Part shown: piece by piece, positions 36,022 to 46,717 of the stretch
How positions within the stretch are numbered: position 1 is the stretch's first letter
How the letters are laid out: each line of letters begins with the position of its first letter
Assembly (NCBI GenBank): GCA_963780225.1
Contig: CAWAAX010000026.1
Location: forward strand, 13,403-77,402
Reading direction: 5' to 3'
Source of the DNA: an uncultured bacterium
Lineage (GTDB): Bacteria > Edwardsbacteria > AC1 > EtOH8
Length of the DNA: 64,000 nucleotides
Notes under the pieces: generated by a model
The model's input: only the letters and a program-made list of their open reading frames with translations
What the model was told of the DNA's origin: nothing
The model's database searches: none
Position numbers and translations under genes: made by a program

Positions 36022-38667
36022 ATGAAACTGACAAGATTCCAATGGTACCGGGCCGGGTTGATATTTTTGCTGGCGGTGCTGATCGCCGCCGGGCTGGTAC
36101 TGTTTAAGACCACCCGGCAGCTTGCGCTGACTGTGGATAACGGATCATCCAAACTGGAGATCCTGTCGGCCATAGGCCGGGTGCGCCTGCTGGCGCGGGA
36201 GATGGAAATGACCCGGCCGGCGCCCGGTACGCCGCAGGACGATCCGGCGGCCGTCCGCTACGGGAACACGGTCGAAAATGCCAGGGCGGAGATAACCGCA
36301 TTGGCCAGGCAGACGGCCGACTGGCCGGTGCAGTTGGAACGGGTCGCCTTGCTTAATACCCTGGTCCAGGATCAGGTCTATAAGATGACCCCAGTACTGC
36401 CTAAACCGGCGGCAGGCAAGGGAAAGGGTCTCGCCGGGATAAAGCCGGAAACGGTCCCCGGGCCGGATTTCAGCGGCATCAAGACCATTCTCAACCGCAT
36501 GGAGGAGGATGAGGGAAAGGTCGTTGCTTCATGGCGCAATAACCTGTGGAACTCTCTCCGGATGCTGGCTGTTGCGGTAGTAGTGATAGTGATCGCCGCC
36601 GGCATCGTCGCCGTGGTGGCCTATCTTCTGATGTTGATCGAATTCTCCCGGCGCCGGTCGACCGAGCGGCTGTTGCGGGAGAGCCAGCTTCGCTTCGGCC
36701 TGCTGATTGACGAAGCCATGGACTTCTCCCTGGTTGTGCTTGACGCCTCCGGCCGGATGGTCGACTGGAACCTGGGGGCGAAGCGGATGTTTGGATACAG
36801 CGCCGGCGAGGTCAGGCGCAAGCACTTCTCCAAACTCTTTCCTCAGGAGCAGGTTCAGCAGGGCCTCCCGGAAAGGCATCTGAAAGCGGCGATTAACAGC
36901 GGACAGGACCGCGACGAGGGGATTCTGATCCGCCACGATTCCGGATCTTTTCCGGTCCGGAAAGCGGTCTATGCTCTGCGGGATGACGCCGGCAGGCTGA
37001 GCGGCTTTGCCGCGGTGATCCAGGATATAACCGAAGAACAACATTCCCGGGAAGAAGTGGCCAAGCTCGGCCTGTCGCTGGAGAACTCGACCGATCTGGT
37101 AGCCATCACCACGGCCGATGGGATCATAGAACAAGTCAACCGGGCGCTGCTGGCGGCGACCGGATACGCCCTGGAGGAACTGTTGGGAAAGCCGCTGGAC
37201 TCTCTGCGGCCGGCCGGCTCCAAACCCAAGCCCCAAGATACGGAAGGACAGGCCTCGTTCATCCGCAAGAAGAACGGAGATCAGCTGCAGGTGTCGCAGA
37301 CCACGGCCCCGGTCATTGACAAAGCCGGGCGTACCACCCATCTGGTAGTCACGTCAAAGGATGTCACCGCCCAGAAACAGCTGGAGGTTAAATTATCTTT
37401 CCTGCATCAGCACGATCCGCTGACCGGCCTGTTCAACCGGAACTATTTCCAGGCCCAGGCCAAAGAGGAAATAGACCGGAGGACCGGCGGGAGCGCAATG
37501 CTGATCATCTGTATCGACCGCTTCCGGCAGATCAATGACGTTTTCGGCATCAATGCCGGAAACCTGGTGCTGATGCAGCTGGCCGAATGCCTGCGAAAAG
37601 AAGTGGGCCACCGGGGCGTGATAGGGCGCATGGGCAGCGACGAGTTCGGCATCGTCCTCCGGGACGTGCACGATCCAGAAGACGTGACCGCCATAGTTAT
37701 GGCCGTCAAGAAGCACGCCGCCCGGCGGGTGGCAGTCAACGGCCGCAAGCTGTTTCTGACCTTGTCAGCCGGCGCCTCGCTTCATCCCGACGACGGCATC
37801 GATTCCGAGACACTGCTGAAGAACGCCGATGTGGCTTTGGTCCATGCCAAATCCAGCGGATTGAACCAGTTCCGCATGTACTCGAACGAGATCAATAACC
37901 GGATGTCGGCCCTGATGTCCATGGAACAACAGCTGTTCGGCGCCCTTCAGAATAACGAATATACCGTCAGTTATCAGCCTTATTTCGAGCTGAACCACCG
38001 GCGGATCGCCGGGGCCGAGGCCCTGATCCGATGGGTCAACAGCGAACTGGGCACGGTCTCCCCCGACCGGTTCATCAAGGCCCTGGAGACCACCGGCCTG
38101 ATCATAGACGTCGGCAACTGGGTGCTTAAGGCGGCCTGCCTTCAGGCCAAGAAGATGGAAAGCACCAAGCACAGATTCCCGCTGTCGGTAAACCTGTCGC
38201 CGTCGCAGTTCCGTTACGACGGTTTGGTGGACACGGTCAAAGAAATAATAGGCGAAACCAACATCGACCCCCGGCTGCTGACCATGGAGGTTACCGAGAG
38301 CGTCTTTGTAGAGGACCTGGGTTTCGCCCAGTCGGTGCTGAAACAGCTGAAAAAAGTCGGAGTGGCCATATCCATAGACGACTTCGGCACCGGCTATTCA
38401 TCGCTGAGCTACCTCAAGAAGTTGCCGGTGGACGTTGTAAAAATAGACCAAACCTTTGTGCACGACGTTACCAGCGATCCCGACACCGCCTCCATCGTCA
38501 CTTCGATCACCAACATGGCCAAGAGCCTGGGCCTGAAGACCATCGCCGAAGGGGTGGAAACCGAGGAGCAGTGCAAGGTGCTGCGCCTGCTGCGATGCGA
38601 CATGGGGCAGGGGTATTTCTTCAGCCCGGCCATGAATGCGGTGGACTTTGAGAGGTCGTTGGTCTAA
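36022..38667 (+). CDS. Membrane sensor protein with PAS domains, a degenerate GGDEF (GSDEF) and an EAL domain (predicted c-di-GMP phosphodiesterase)
   Basis: N-terminal TM helices and two PAS domains. The GGDEF site reads RMGSDEFGIVL. The EAL motif AEALIRW and the downstream EAL-domain residues are intact. Confidence 0.85.
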   Translation: MKLTRFQWYRAGLIFLLAVLIAAGLVLFKTTRQLALTVDNGSSKLEILSAIGRVRLLAREMEMTRPAPGTPQDDPAAVRYGNTVENARAEITALARQTADWPVQLERVALLNTLVQDQVYKMTPVLPKPAAGKGKGLAGIKPETVPGPDFSGIKTILNRMEEDEGKVVASWRNNLWNSLRMLAVAVVVIVIAAGIVAVVAYLLMLIEFSRRRSTERLLRESQLRFGLLIDEAMDFSLVVLDASGRMVDWNLGAKRMFGYSAGEVRRKHFSKLFPQEQVQQGLPERHLKAAINSGQDRDEGILIRHDSGSFPVRKAVYALRDDAGRLSGFAAVIQDITEEQHSREEVAKLGLSLENSTDLVAITTADGIIEQVNRALLAATGYALEELLGKPLDSLRPAGSKPKPQDTEGQASFIRKKNGDQLQVSQTTAPVIDKAGRTTHLVVTSKDVTAQKQLEVKLSFLHQHDPLTGLFNRNYFQAQAKEEIDRRTGGSAMLIICIDRFRQINDVFGINAGNLVLMQLAECLRKEVGHRGVIGRMGSDEFGIVLRDVHDPEDVTAIVMAVKKHAARRVAVNGRKLFLTLSAGASLHPDDGIDSETLLKNADVALVHAKSSGLNQFRMYSNEINNRMSALMSMEQQLFGALQNNEYTVSYQPYFELNHRRIAGAEALIRWVNSELGTVSPDRFIKALETTGLIIDVGNWVLKAACLQAKKMESTKHRFPLSVNLSPSQFRYDGLVDTVKEIIGETNIDPRLLTMEVTESVFVEDLGFAQSVLKQLKKVGVAISIDDFGTGYSSLSYLKKLPVDVVKIDQTFVHDVTSDPDTASIVTSITNMAKSLGLKTIAEGVETEEQCKVLRLLRCDMGQGYFFSPAMNAVDFERSLV

Positions 38668-38739
38668 AACTGTCTGGTTGCATTGCTCATCTCCACTAAT
38701 GAAGTCATCTATATCAAGCTGGGCGGGATGATGTGGTTG

Positions 38740-38982
38740 GAGGAGTTCATAGAGAAGTTTCATCCGCCTACGCAGGACACCACGAGCTATGCCCGTGGGG
38801 CTCCATAAATGTACAAAGCCTCGTTAGCACGGGGCTTTTTTTATTTCCCTGAAGTCGTTTTAAAATATCTCCAATAAAGTGCTTGCTTAAAACAACTTAT
38901 TGATATAAAATATACTGTCAAACTCCATTACTACGTCTGCATAAAAAATCTTATAAAAATACCCCAAACGAGGAGGTATCTT
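38740..38982. repeat. Duplicate of the gatD 3' end, terminator and 5' leader module (compare 35790-36020)
   Basis: ..GGAGGAGTTCATAGAGAAGTTTCAT.., the terminator AGCCTCGTTAGCACGGGGCTTTTTTT and the AAAATATCTCCAATAAAGTGCTTGCTTAAAACAACTTATTGATATAAAATATACTGT segment parallel 35790-36020. Confidence 0.6.
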
Positions 38983-40653
38983 ATGCCGTCAGCCAGAAAA
39001 AAATCAGGGCTTTCGCCCGTCCGGCCCGCCAGGACGGCCTTGCTGCCCACCGCCAAGAGCGAGCTTTCCAGCCTTAAGATGAAACTCAAGGTGCTTCAGC
39101 GGGTCAACGAGATCGCCGCCAGCACCTTCGACGTCCAGCCACTGCTGGACCGGGCCATGGATTTGGTGACCGAGATCGCGCCCTCCGAGGCCGGGTCGCT
39201 GCTGCTGTTGTCCTCCGACCGCACCTACCTGAAATTCTCCATCGTCAAGGGGCCGGCCGCTCACAAGCTGGAGGGGCTGGAGATACCCATTGGGCAGGGC
39301 ATTGCCGGCTGGGTGGCCAAGACCGGGATCCCGCTGACCGTCAACGACGTTCAGAGCGAGCCCAAGTGGAAGAAGGAGATCGCCGATAACGTGGACTTTC
39401 CCACCCGCAGCATCCTTTGCGTCCCGCTAAAATCGAGGGCCGAGGTGATCGGCGTGGTGGAGCTGATCAATAAACTGCGGGACGAGGATTACAACGATGA
39501 CGACCTGGAGATCATAGAACTGTTAGGCGCCCATCTTTCCACCCTGATCGAGAACAGCCGGCTCTATTCCGAGGCCCGGGAGAAGGTGGAGAGGATCACC
39601 GCCATGGCCGAGACCAGCGCCCTGATCTCCTCCTCGCTGGATGTCAAGCGGGTGCTGGAGACGGTGATGAACGTGGCCAAGGACGTGATAGATGCCGAGG
39701 CCTCATCCATCTTCCTGTACGATGAGGAGAGGCACGAGTTCTTCTTTGAGATCGCCACCGGCGACGCCGGCGACGCGGTCAAGCAGATCCGAGTTCCCTG
39801 GGGCAAGGGGATGGTGGGCTGGGCGGCCGAGCACATGCAAACCCTTTTGATCCCTGACGTCACCAAGGACCCCCGGTTCTATTCCAAGGTAGACGAGAAA
39901 TCGAAATTTATCACCCGCAACGCCATCACCGTTCCGCTGAAACCCAAGAACAAACTGATCGGGGTGGCCCAGGTGCTCAATAAGAAAGGCGGGCTGTTCA
40001 CCCGCGAGGACGTGGAGCTGTTCGAGACCCTGGCCCGCCAGGCGGCGGTGGCCATCGAGAACGCCAGCCTTTATACCGACCTTCAGGAGCTGTTCCTTAA
40101 CTCCATCCGGACCGTGGTCAGCCTGATCGACGCCAAAGACGACTACACCGCCGGCCATTCCTCCCGGGTCACCAAGTATTCCATGATGATTGCCGACCAG
40201 CTGGGCTTTTCACCCGAGGACCGCAAGCGGCTGGAGCTGGCGGCCCTGCTCCACGACGTGGGCAAGATCGGGATGCCGGACGCCATCTTAAAGAAACCGT
40301 CGGGGCTGACCCCCGAGGAGTTCGCCATCGTCAAGGACCACCCCAACAAGGGGGCCGAGGCCCTGGAGCCGATCAAGCAAATGAAGGACATCATCCCCGG
40401 GGTGCGCCACCACCACGAGAAGCTGGACGGACGGGGCTACCCGGCCGGGCTGGCCGGCGACCAGGTGCCGATGGATGCCCAGATCATCTGCGTGGGGGAT
40501 TCCTACGACGCCATGAACTCCGACCGTCCCTACCGCAAGGGTTTGGGGATGGAGGAATCGGTCAGACGCCTGCGCCAGGATGCTGGCACCCAGTTCAATC
40601 CGGCCCTGGTGGAAGCATTTGTCAAAGCGCTGGAGAAGGAGAACAAAAAATGA
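38983..40653 (+). CDS. GAF-GAF-HD-GYP domain protein (c-di-GMP phosphodiesterase class)
   Basis: Two GAF domains, then the HD domain with HDVGKIG and HHEKLDGRGYPAGL (HD-GYP signature). Confidence 0.85.
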   Translation: MPSARKKSGLSPVRPARTALLPTAKSELSSLKMKLKVLQRVNEIAASTFDVQPLLDRAMDLVTEIAPSEAGSLLLLSSDRTYLKFSIVKGPAAHKLEGLEIPIGQGIAGWVAKTGIPLTVNDVQSEPKWKKEIADNVDFPTRSILCVPLKSRAEVIGVVELINKLRDEDYNDDDLEIIELLGAHLSTLIENSRLYSEAREKVERITAMAETSALISSSLDVKRVLETVMNVAKDVIDAEASSIFLYDEERHEFFFEIATGDAGDAVKQIRVPWGKGMVGWAAEHMQTLLIPDVTKDPRFYSKVDEKSKFITRNAITVPLKPKNKLIGVAQVLNKKGGLFTREDVELFETLARQAAVAIENASLYTDLQELFLNSIRTVVSLIDAKDDYTAGHSSRVTKYSMMIADQLGFSPEDRKRLELAALLHDVGKIGMPDAILKKPSGLTPEEFAIVKDHPNKGAEALEPIKQMKDIIPGVRHHHEKLDGRGYPAGLAGDQVPMDAQIICVGDSYDAMNSDRPYRKGLGMEESVRRLRQDAGTQFNPALVEAFVKALEKENKK

Positions 40654-42929
40654 GCAATGCAATGAGAAGCAAAAAGACCACCGGCGCATTGGTAGGAATC
40701 GGAGTTGTGTTCGCAGTGATTTTGTTGTCGAGGCTTTTGAATTTCTTTAACACAATGGAAAACAAGGCCTACGACCTACGGTGCAATCTCATGGTCGGTC
40801 CGGTTGGCGAACAGAACATCGACGACGTGGTAATTGTGGATATCGACGATGCATCACTGGCTCAGCTGGGGAGGTTCCAAAACTGGCCAAGGCTTTACCA
40901 CGCTAAGGTGGCGGATTATCTTGCTCAAGGCGGGGCAAAGGCGATCACTTTTGATATATATTTCACGGAAAGCGACAGCCTGAAACCCGAGATGGTGGAT
41001 TTTTTCGTGCAAACCAAAAAGGAAAATGTTGACGCCAGTCTGGCACAACTGCCGTCTCTCAAAATATCTTCAAACAGAACTTCTGAAGTAATATCAACGG
41101 TGCTTAACAATTGGGGATATGACAAAGAATTCAGTGAGGTCGCCCAGGCTGCGGGGAAAGTGTATTTCCCGTTAATATTCGTTACCTCTGGAACCGGTGA
41201 CACCATTGGAAAAGCAGATACGTCGATAATACAACACGGTTTCAAGTTCGAACCTGCAATAAGCCGGATATTTTCGGCTCTGGACTTTCAAGGAAACCCA
41301 ATTAATCCCGATTTGTTGCTGCCTGTCAGCCAACTAATGAGTGCGGCTAAAGGTACTGGCTATTATAATATCATGCCAGATATTGATGGTGTCACAAGGC
41401 GGCAAATGCTATTTATTACTTATGCCGGGACCTCATATCCTTCGCTTGATTTGCGCATTGTTATGGATGCCCTCGGGGTAAAACAGAATGAGGTAACAGT
41501 AGAACCCGGAAAATTTATTCGGCTGGGCGATAAACGAACCATACCGATTGACGATGACAATTGGATGCGCATCACTTATTTCGGATCATTCAAGAAATTC
41601 CGTTATATTTCATATGCTGACGTGTTGACTGAAAACGTGCCGGCCGAATATTTCAAAAACAAAATTGTACTTATCGGTACATCCGCGGCTGGCTTGATGG
41701 ACTTGCGGGTAGTGCCATTTTCCAATCAGTTTCCCGGACCGGAGATACATGCCAATATTATGGAGACATTGCTTACCGGCCGGTTTATCAACGCACTGCC
41801 GGAGTGGGTTAATCTCGCGATCCTTGTAATTACCGGTCTGTTAACAGTATTTATCTCCCTGCGATTCAAGCCGGTAAATGCCAGCCTGGTGCTGTTCGGG
41901 CTGGTAATTATATATTTTGCAGCCGCCATCATGCTATTCAACAAGGCACTTTTGTGGATAGAGGTTGTCCGGCCGCTGACCGTAATCCTGTTCACCAACA
42001 TGGCCATTTTGGGCTACCGCTACCTGACCGAGGAAAAACAGAAGGTCTGGATCAAGAACATGTTCCAGGGCTACATGTCCAAGGACCTGGTGGACAAGAT
42101 CATGGCCAACCCCGAGATGCTGCTGATGGGCGGCGACAAGAAGGAGGTCACCGTCTTCTTCTCCGACATCAAGGGCTTCTCCAGCTTCTCCGAGAAGCTG
42201 GGAACCCCGGAACGGCTGATCGCCCTGATCAACGAGTACCTGGGGGCCATGTCCGACGTGGTGCTGGAATACGGCGGCTACATCAGCAAATACGAGGGCG
42301 ACGCCATCATGGCCTTCTGGGGCGCACCCACCGACGATCCCAAGCATGCCGAGACCGCCATCAAGTGCGTCTGGGCCATGAACCAGCGCCTGCAGACGCT
42401 TAACGCCGACCTGGCCAAGCGCAGCATGCCCAATCTTTTCACCCGGTTCGGGCTTAACACCGGCCTGGTGACCGTGGGCAACGTGGGCTCGGAAAAGAAG
42501 AAGAGCTATACCGCCATGGGCGACTCCATCAACCTGGGCTCGCGGCTGGAGGGGGCCAACAAGGAATACGGCACGGCCATCATGATGTCGGAATTCACCT
42601 ACGCCAAGGTACAGGGCCTGTACCCGGTGCGGGAGCTGGACATGCTGAGGGTGGTGGGCAAGGAACAGCCGGTAAGGGTCTACGAACTACTGGGAATTTC
42701 CGAGGCCGACGTCAGCGAAAAGAAAAAGAAGGCGGTGGAGATATACCTGAAGGGCCTGGAGCTCTATCGTTCCAAGCAGTGGGACCAGGCCGAGGCCGTG
42801 TTCCGGCAGGCTTTGGAAGTGGATCCCGACGACGGGCCAAGCAAGACGTATATCGACCGCTGCGAGGACTTCAAGGTCCTGCCGCCGCCGGAGAACTGGG
42901 ACGGCGTGTTCGTTATGAAGACGAAATAG
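40650..42929 (+). CDS. CHASE2-domain class III adenylate/guanylate cyclase with C-terminal TPR
   Basis: Periplasmic CHASE2-like region bounded by TM helices. The cyclase core has FSDIKGFSSFSEKL and ...GDAIMAFWGAP.. Confidence 0.8.
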   Translation: MSNAMRSKKTTGALVGIGVVFAVILLSRLLNFFNTMENKAYDLRCNLMVGPVGEQNIDDVVIVDIDDASLAQLGRFQNWPRLYHAKVADYLAQGGAKAITFDIYFTESDSLKPEMVDFFVQTKKENVDASLAQLPSLKISSNRTSEVISTVLNNWGYDKEFSEVAQAAGKVYFPLIFVTSGTGDTIGKADTSIIQHGFKFEPAISRIFSALDFQGNPINPDLLLPVSQLMSAAKGTGYYNIMPDIDGVTRRQMLFITYAGTSYPSLDLRIVMDALGVKQNEVTVEPGKFIRLGDKRTIPIDDDNWMRITYFGSFKKFRYISYADVLTENVPAEYFKNKIVLIGTSAAGLMDLRVVPFSNQFPGPEIHANIMETLLTGRFINALPEWVNLAILVITGLLTVFISLRFKPVNASLVLFGLVIIYFAAAIMLFNKALLWIEVVRPLTVILFTNMAILGYRYLTEEKQKVWIKNMFQGYMSKDLVDKIMANPEMLLMGGDKKEVTVFFSDIKGFSSFSEKLGTPERLIALINEYLGAMSDVVLEYGGYISKYEGDAIMAFWGAPTDDPKHAETAIKCVWAMNQRLQTLNADLAKRSMPNLFTRFGLNTGLVTVGNVGSEKKKSYTAMGDSINLGSRLEGANKEYGTAIMMSEFTYAKVQGLYPVRELDMLRVVGKEQPVRVYELLGISEADVSEKKKKAVEIYLKGLELYRSKQWDQAEAVFRQALEVDPDDGPSKTYIDRCEDFKVLPPPENWDGVFVMKTK

Positions 42930-42990
42930 GCATTATATTTTAGCCACGCCCTTAAGGACGTGGCTAAATAAAACAAAAATCATAAATTTA

Positions 42991-44244
42991 ATGACCAACA
43001 ACGCCCGGGCCTACGACGTCCTTAAAATAGCCGACTTCCGGAAATTCATGGCCGGCCGGTTCTTTGTGGTCGTCTCCATCCAGATGGTGTCGGTGATCGT
43101 TGGCTGGCAGGTCTACGAGCTGACCCGCGACCCGCTGGCCCTGGGGATGATAGGTCTGGCCGAGGCCCTGGCCTTCTTTTCGGTGGCCTTGTTCGGCGGG
43201 CACTACGCCGACAGCCACGACCGCCAGCGGACCATGGCCGTTACCTCCGCCCTGTTGACCCTGTGCGCCGGGACCCTGCTGTGGCTCTCCTGGTGCTGCG
43301 GGGTCCTTCTTACCAGAACAACCCTTCCGATCTACGGCGTGATAGCCCTGATGGGTTTGATCCGGGCCTACCTGGCGCCTTCCACCATGGCCCTGTCGGC
43401 CCAGATAGTGCCCCGCGAGCTGTACGCCCGGATGTCGGCTTACAACAGCCTGGTGTTCCAGATCGGGGCGGTGGGCGGTCCGGCGGTGGCGGGGTTGATC
43501 TACGGTTTTTTCGGGGTTCGGGCGGCCTACGCCACAGCCCTGGCCATGGGGATCATCGGCTCGGCCGCGGTATTCCTGATCAAGTCGCAGGGGGTGCCCC
43601 GCCGCAACATGGAAGAGCCGGTGCTGGCAAGCCTGGCCAGCGGGGTGAAGTTCGTGTTCGGTAACCCAATAGTTCTGCCGGCCATGAGCCTGGATATGTT
43701 CGCTGTGCTGTTCGGCGGGGCCACCGCCATGCTGCCGATGGTGGCCGATACCATTTTGCACGTCGGGCCCAAGGGGCTGGGCTTCTTAAGGGCGGCCCCG
43801 GCCGCCGGGGCGGCGGTGATGGCCCTGGCTTTGGCCCACAGGCCTCCGCTACATAATGCGGGGAAGAAACTGCTGTGGGTGGTAGCCGGCTTCGGGGCCT
43901 GCATGATGATCTTCGCCCTGTCCCGCAATTTCTGGCTGTCGATGGCGGCCCTGGCCCTCTCCGGTGCGGTGGACAACATCAGCGTGGTGATCCGCCAGAC
44001 CATCGTCCAGCTTTACACCCCGGATGAGATGCGGGGCCGGGTGTCGGCGGTCAACAGCGTGTTCATAGGCTCCTCCAACGAGATCGGGTCCTTTGAGTCC
44101 GGGGTGGTGGCCAAGCTGATGGGTTTGGTGCCGTCGCTGGTGTTCAACAGCGGGATGACATTTGTCGTCGCGGGCGCGGTGGCCTGGGCGGCGCCCAAGC
44201 TGAGGAGGCTGGATCTGAGGGAACACATGGGACAGAAAGAATAA
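42991..44244 (+). CDS. MFS transporter
   Basis: 417 aa with 12 predicted TM helices and the MFS-like motif region GLIRAYLAPSTMAL. Confidence 0.75.
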   Translation: MTNNARAYDVLKIADFRKFMAGRFFVVVSIQMVSVIVGWQVYELTRDPLALGMIGLAEALAFFSVALFGGHYADSHDRQRTMAVTSALLTLCAGTLLWLSWCCGVLLTRTTLPIYGVIALMGLIRAYLAPSTMALSAQIVPRELYARMSAYNSLVFQIGAVGGPAVAGLIYGFFGVRAAYATALAMGIIGSAAVFLIKSQGVPRRNMEEPVLASLASGVKFVFGNPIVLPAMSLDMFAVLFGGATAMLPMVADTILHVGPKGLGFLRAAPAAGAAVMALALAHRPPLHNAGKKLLWVVAGFGACMMIFALSRNFWLSMAALALSGAVDNISVVIRQTIVQLYTPDEMRGRVSAVNSVFIGSSNEIGSFESGVVAKLMGLVPSLVFNSGMTFVVAGAVAWAAPKLRRLDLREHMGQKE

Positions 44245-44254
44245 TTCTGCCACG

Positions 44255-44571
44255 GAGGCACAGAGACACTGAGCATACCAATATTGTTTAGCACAAGGGA
44301 ATAGTTGTATTATTAACCAGGTCACTTAATTTGAAGCATAGCACTCTAAGGAAAACGAATATATACATTCGGTAGCAAAGCCAGTGGCATATCTCAGTAC
44401 AAGTCCTATAAGGAAGCCAGGAAAGCAGGAATCAATCCTGGTTCCCACAGTTTAGTACTCATGGTTCGACAGACTCACCACAAGTGGCTTCATGGATTCC
44501 TAATAAAAAATGTTAATTATTTATTGACCCCATTAATATTGATCCCTCTGTGCCTCTGAGTCTCTGTGGCG
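44255..44571. repeat. Structured intergenic element bounded by inverted GCCACGGAGGCACAGAGACAC / GTCTCTGTGGC motifs; shares a ~120-bp module with 63850-63990
   Basis: Terminal inverted motifs are at 44258 and 44545. The internal ..TAAGGAAGCCAGGAAAGCAGGAAT..CATGGATTCCTAATAAAAAA..TATTTATTGACCCCATTAATA recurs at the window end. Confidence 0.4.
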
Positions 44572-44615
44572 ATCTATGGTAAAATCCAAATACCAAAAGG
44601 AGCAGATATACTTAA

Positions 44616-45365
<750 letters not shown>

Positions 45366-45438
45366 GGAGCGCGGCATTACATGATGAAGGTCCCGGTTTG
45401 GGAAGATCAGGATATTTCAGGGAAGCATTTGTGATCTG

Positions 45439-46623
45439 ATGAACTTCGGACGAACCAAACATATCATTCTTATCCTGGCCTTGCTCTGGTCCGGCCTCTT
45501 TTCTCCGGCCTTAAGCCAGGAGACGGACTCCCAGGAGGGCCAGCTCAAGGCCATCCGGCAGAAGCTAGCCGAGGCCCGGGAACGGGCCCAGGAACTGAAG
45601 GGCCAGGAGAAGAACATTTTGGGCCAGATGGAACGGATGGCCGAGCAGATAAACCTGACCCGTCAGGTGCTGAACGCCCTCAGGGAAAAGGAGGCCAGGC
45701 TTAATTCCGAGATCAAGAAACTGGACGGCCAGATGCTGAGGGCCGAATCCCAAATGGTCCGGCGCCAGGCCCTGATGGAGACCCGGATCCGGCAAATGTA
45801 CAAGCGGGGCCGGCTGTACGAATGGGAGGTGCTGGTGACCCGGGCCAGTTTTGCCGACATCGTCAGGCGCTATAAATATCTCCGGCTCTTTTCCCTTCAG
45901 GACCGGAGGCTCTATGACACCATCAAGGAAGAGAGGACCCAGATATCCCGGGACAAGGCCGACCGCCAGGAACGGCTGATCACCCTGGCCCAGGTCAAGG
46001 GCGAGACCGAGCGGGAGATGGCCAATTTAAAGGATGACGAGCAACAGCAAAAAAAACTGCTGGACCGGGTCCGCCAGGAGAAGGTCTCCAAGGAAGCGCT
46101 GGTAAAAGAACTGGCGGCGGCCGCCAAAAAACTGCAGAACCTGATAGACGATCTGGAGCGGCAGCGCAAGGCCGAGCTGCAGAAGCGCCGGAAGACGGTC
46201 CCGGCTCCCGGCACCACCGTGCTGGAGCGCAAGCAGGGCGGCCTGTTATGGCCGGCCGAGGGGAAGCTGTATTCTAGTTTCGGGCTGAAGAAGCATTCCA
46301 AGTACAACACCTATATCCAGAACAACGGCATCGACATCTATTCCTCCTACGGCTCGACGGTGGTGGCGGTGGCCCCGGGCAAGGTGGTCTATGCCGAGCG
46401 CTTTCTGGGATACGGCAATGTTATCCTGGTAGACCACGACGGCGGTTATTACACCCTGTACGGCAATCTGACCGACATGCTGGTCTTCACCGGTTCGTCC
46501 GTGGCCGAAGGTCAGGTGATAGCCAAGGTGGGGGGCAACGTGGATGGGCCGATCATGCACTTCGAGGTCCGCAAGAGCGGCAAGCCGGTGGACCCGGTCC
46601 AATGGCTTAAAAGAAAAAGGTAA
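45439..46623 (+). CDS. M23 family peptidase (EnvC-like: coiled coil plus LytM domain)
   Basis: Signal peptide, a long coiled coil, and the C-terminal LytM fold (GIDIYSSYGSTVVAVAPGKVVYAE..VDHDGGYYTLYGNL). Confidence 0.8.
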   Translation: MNFGRTKHIILILALLWSGLFSPALSQETDSQEGQLKAIRQKLAEARERAQELKGQEKNILGQMERMAEQINLTRQVLNALREKEARLNSEIKKLDGQMLRAESQMVRRQALMETRIRQMYKRGRLYEWEVLVTRASFADIVRRYKYLRLFSLQDRRLYDTIKEERTQISRDKADRQERLITLAQVKGETEREMANLKDDEQQQKKLLDRVRQEKVSKEALVKELAAAAKKLQNLIDDLERQRKAELQKRRKTVPAPGTTVLERKQGGLLWPAEGKLYSSFGLKKHSKYNTYIQNNGIDIYSSYGSTVVAVAPGKVVYAERFLGYGNVILVDHDGGYYTLYGNLTDMLVFTGSSVAEGQVIAKVGGNVDGPIMHFEVRKSGKPVDPVQWLKRKR

Positions 46624-46717
46624 GGGGGTAAAATAGCCCAGGCATTAATGCCTGGGCTGTTTTTATTCATACGATAAAGGCCATTAGAATCAGAATTAAC
46701 CGAACCTTTCTGGTTTA

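Noticed and set aside
44400-44440. SRP RNA helix 8 (CAAGUCC-UAUA-AGGAAGCC)
   Set aside because: The tetraloop is not GNRA, and the flanking 5'/3' strands lack the conserved symmetric-loop pairing partners. The similarity is only partial
44440-44480. tRNA T-arm-like GGTTCGA at 44465
   Set aside because: The surrounding sequence cannot form the GGTTCGAATCC-closed T stem, and no acceptor or anticodon arms could be drawn by eye
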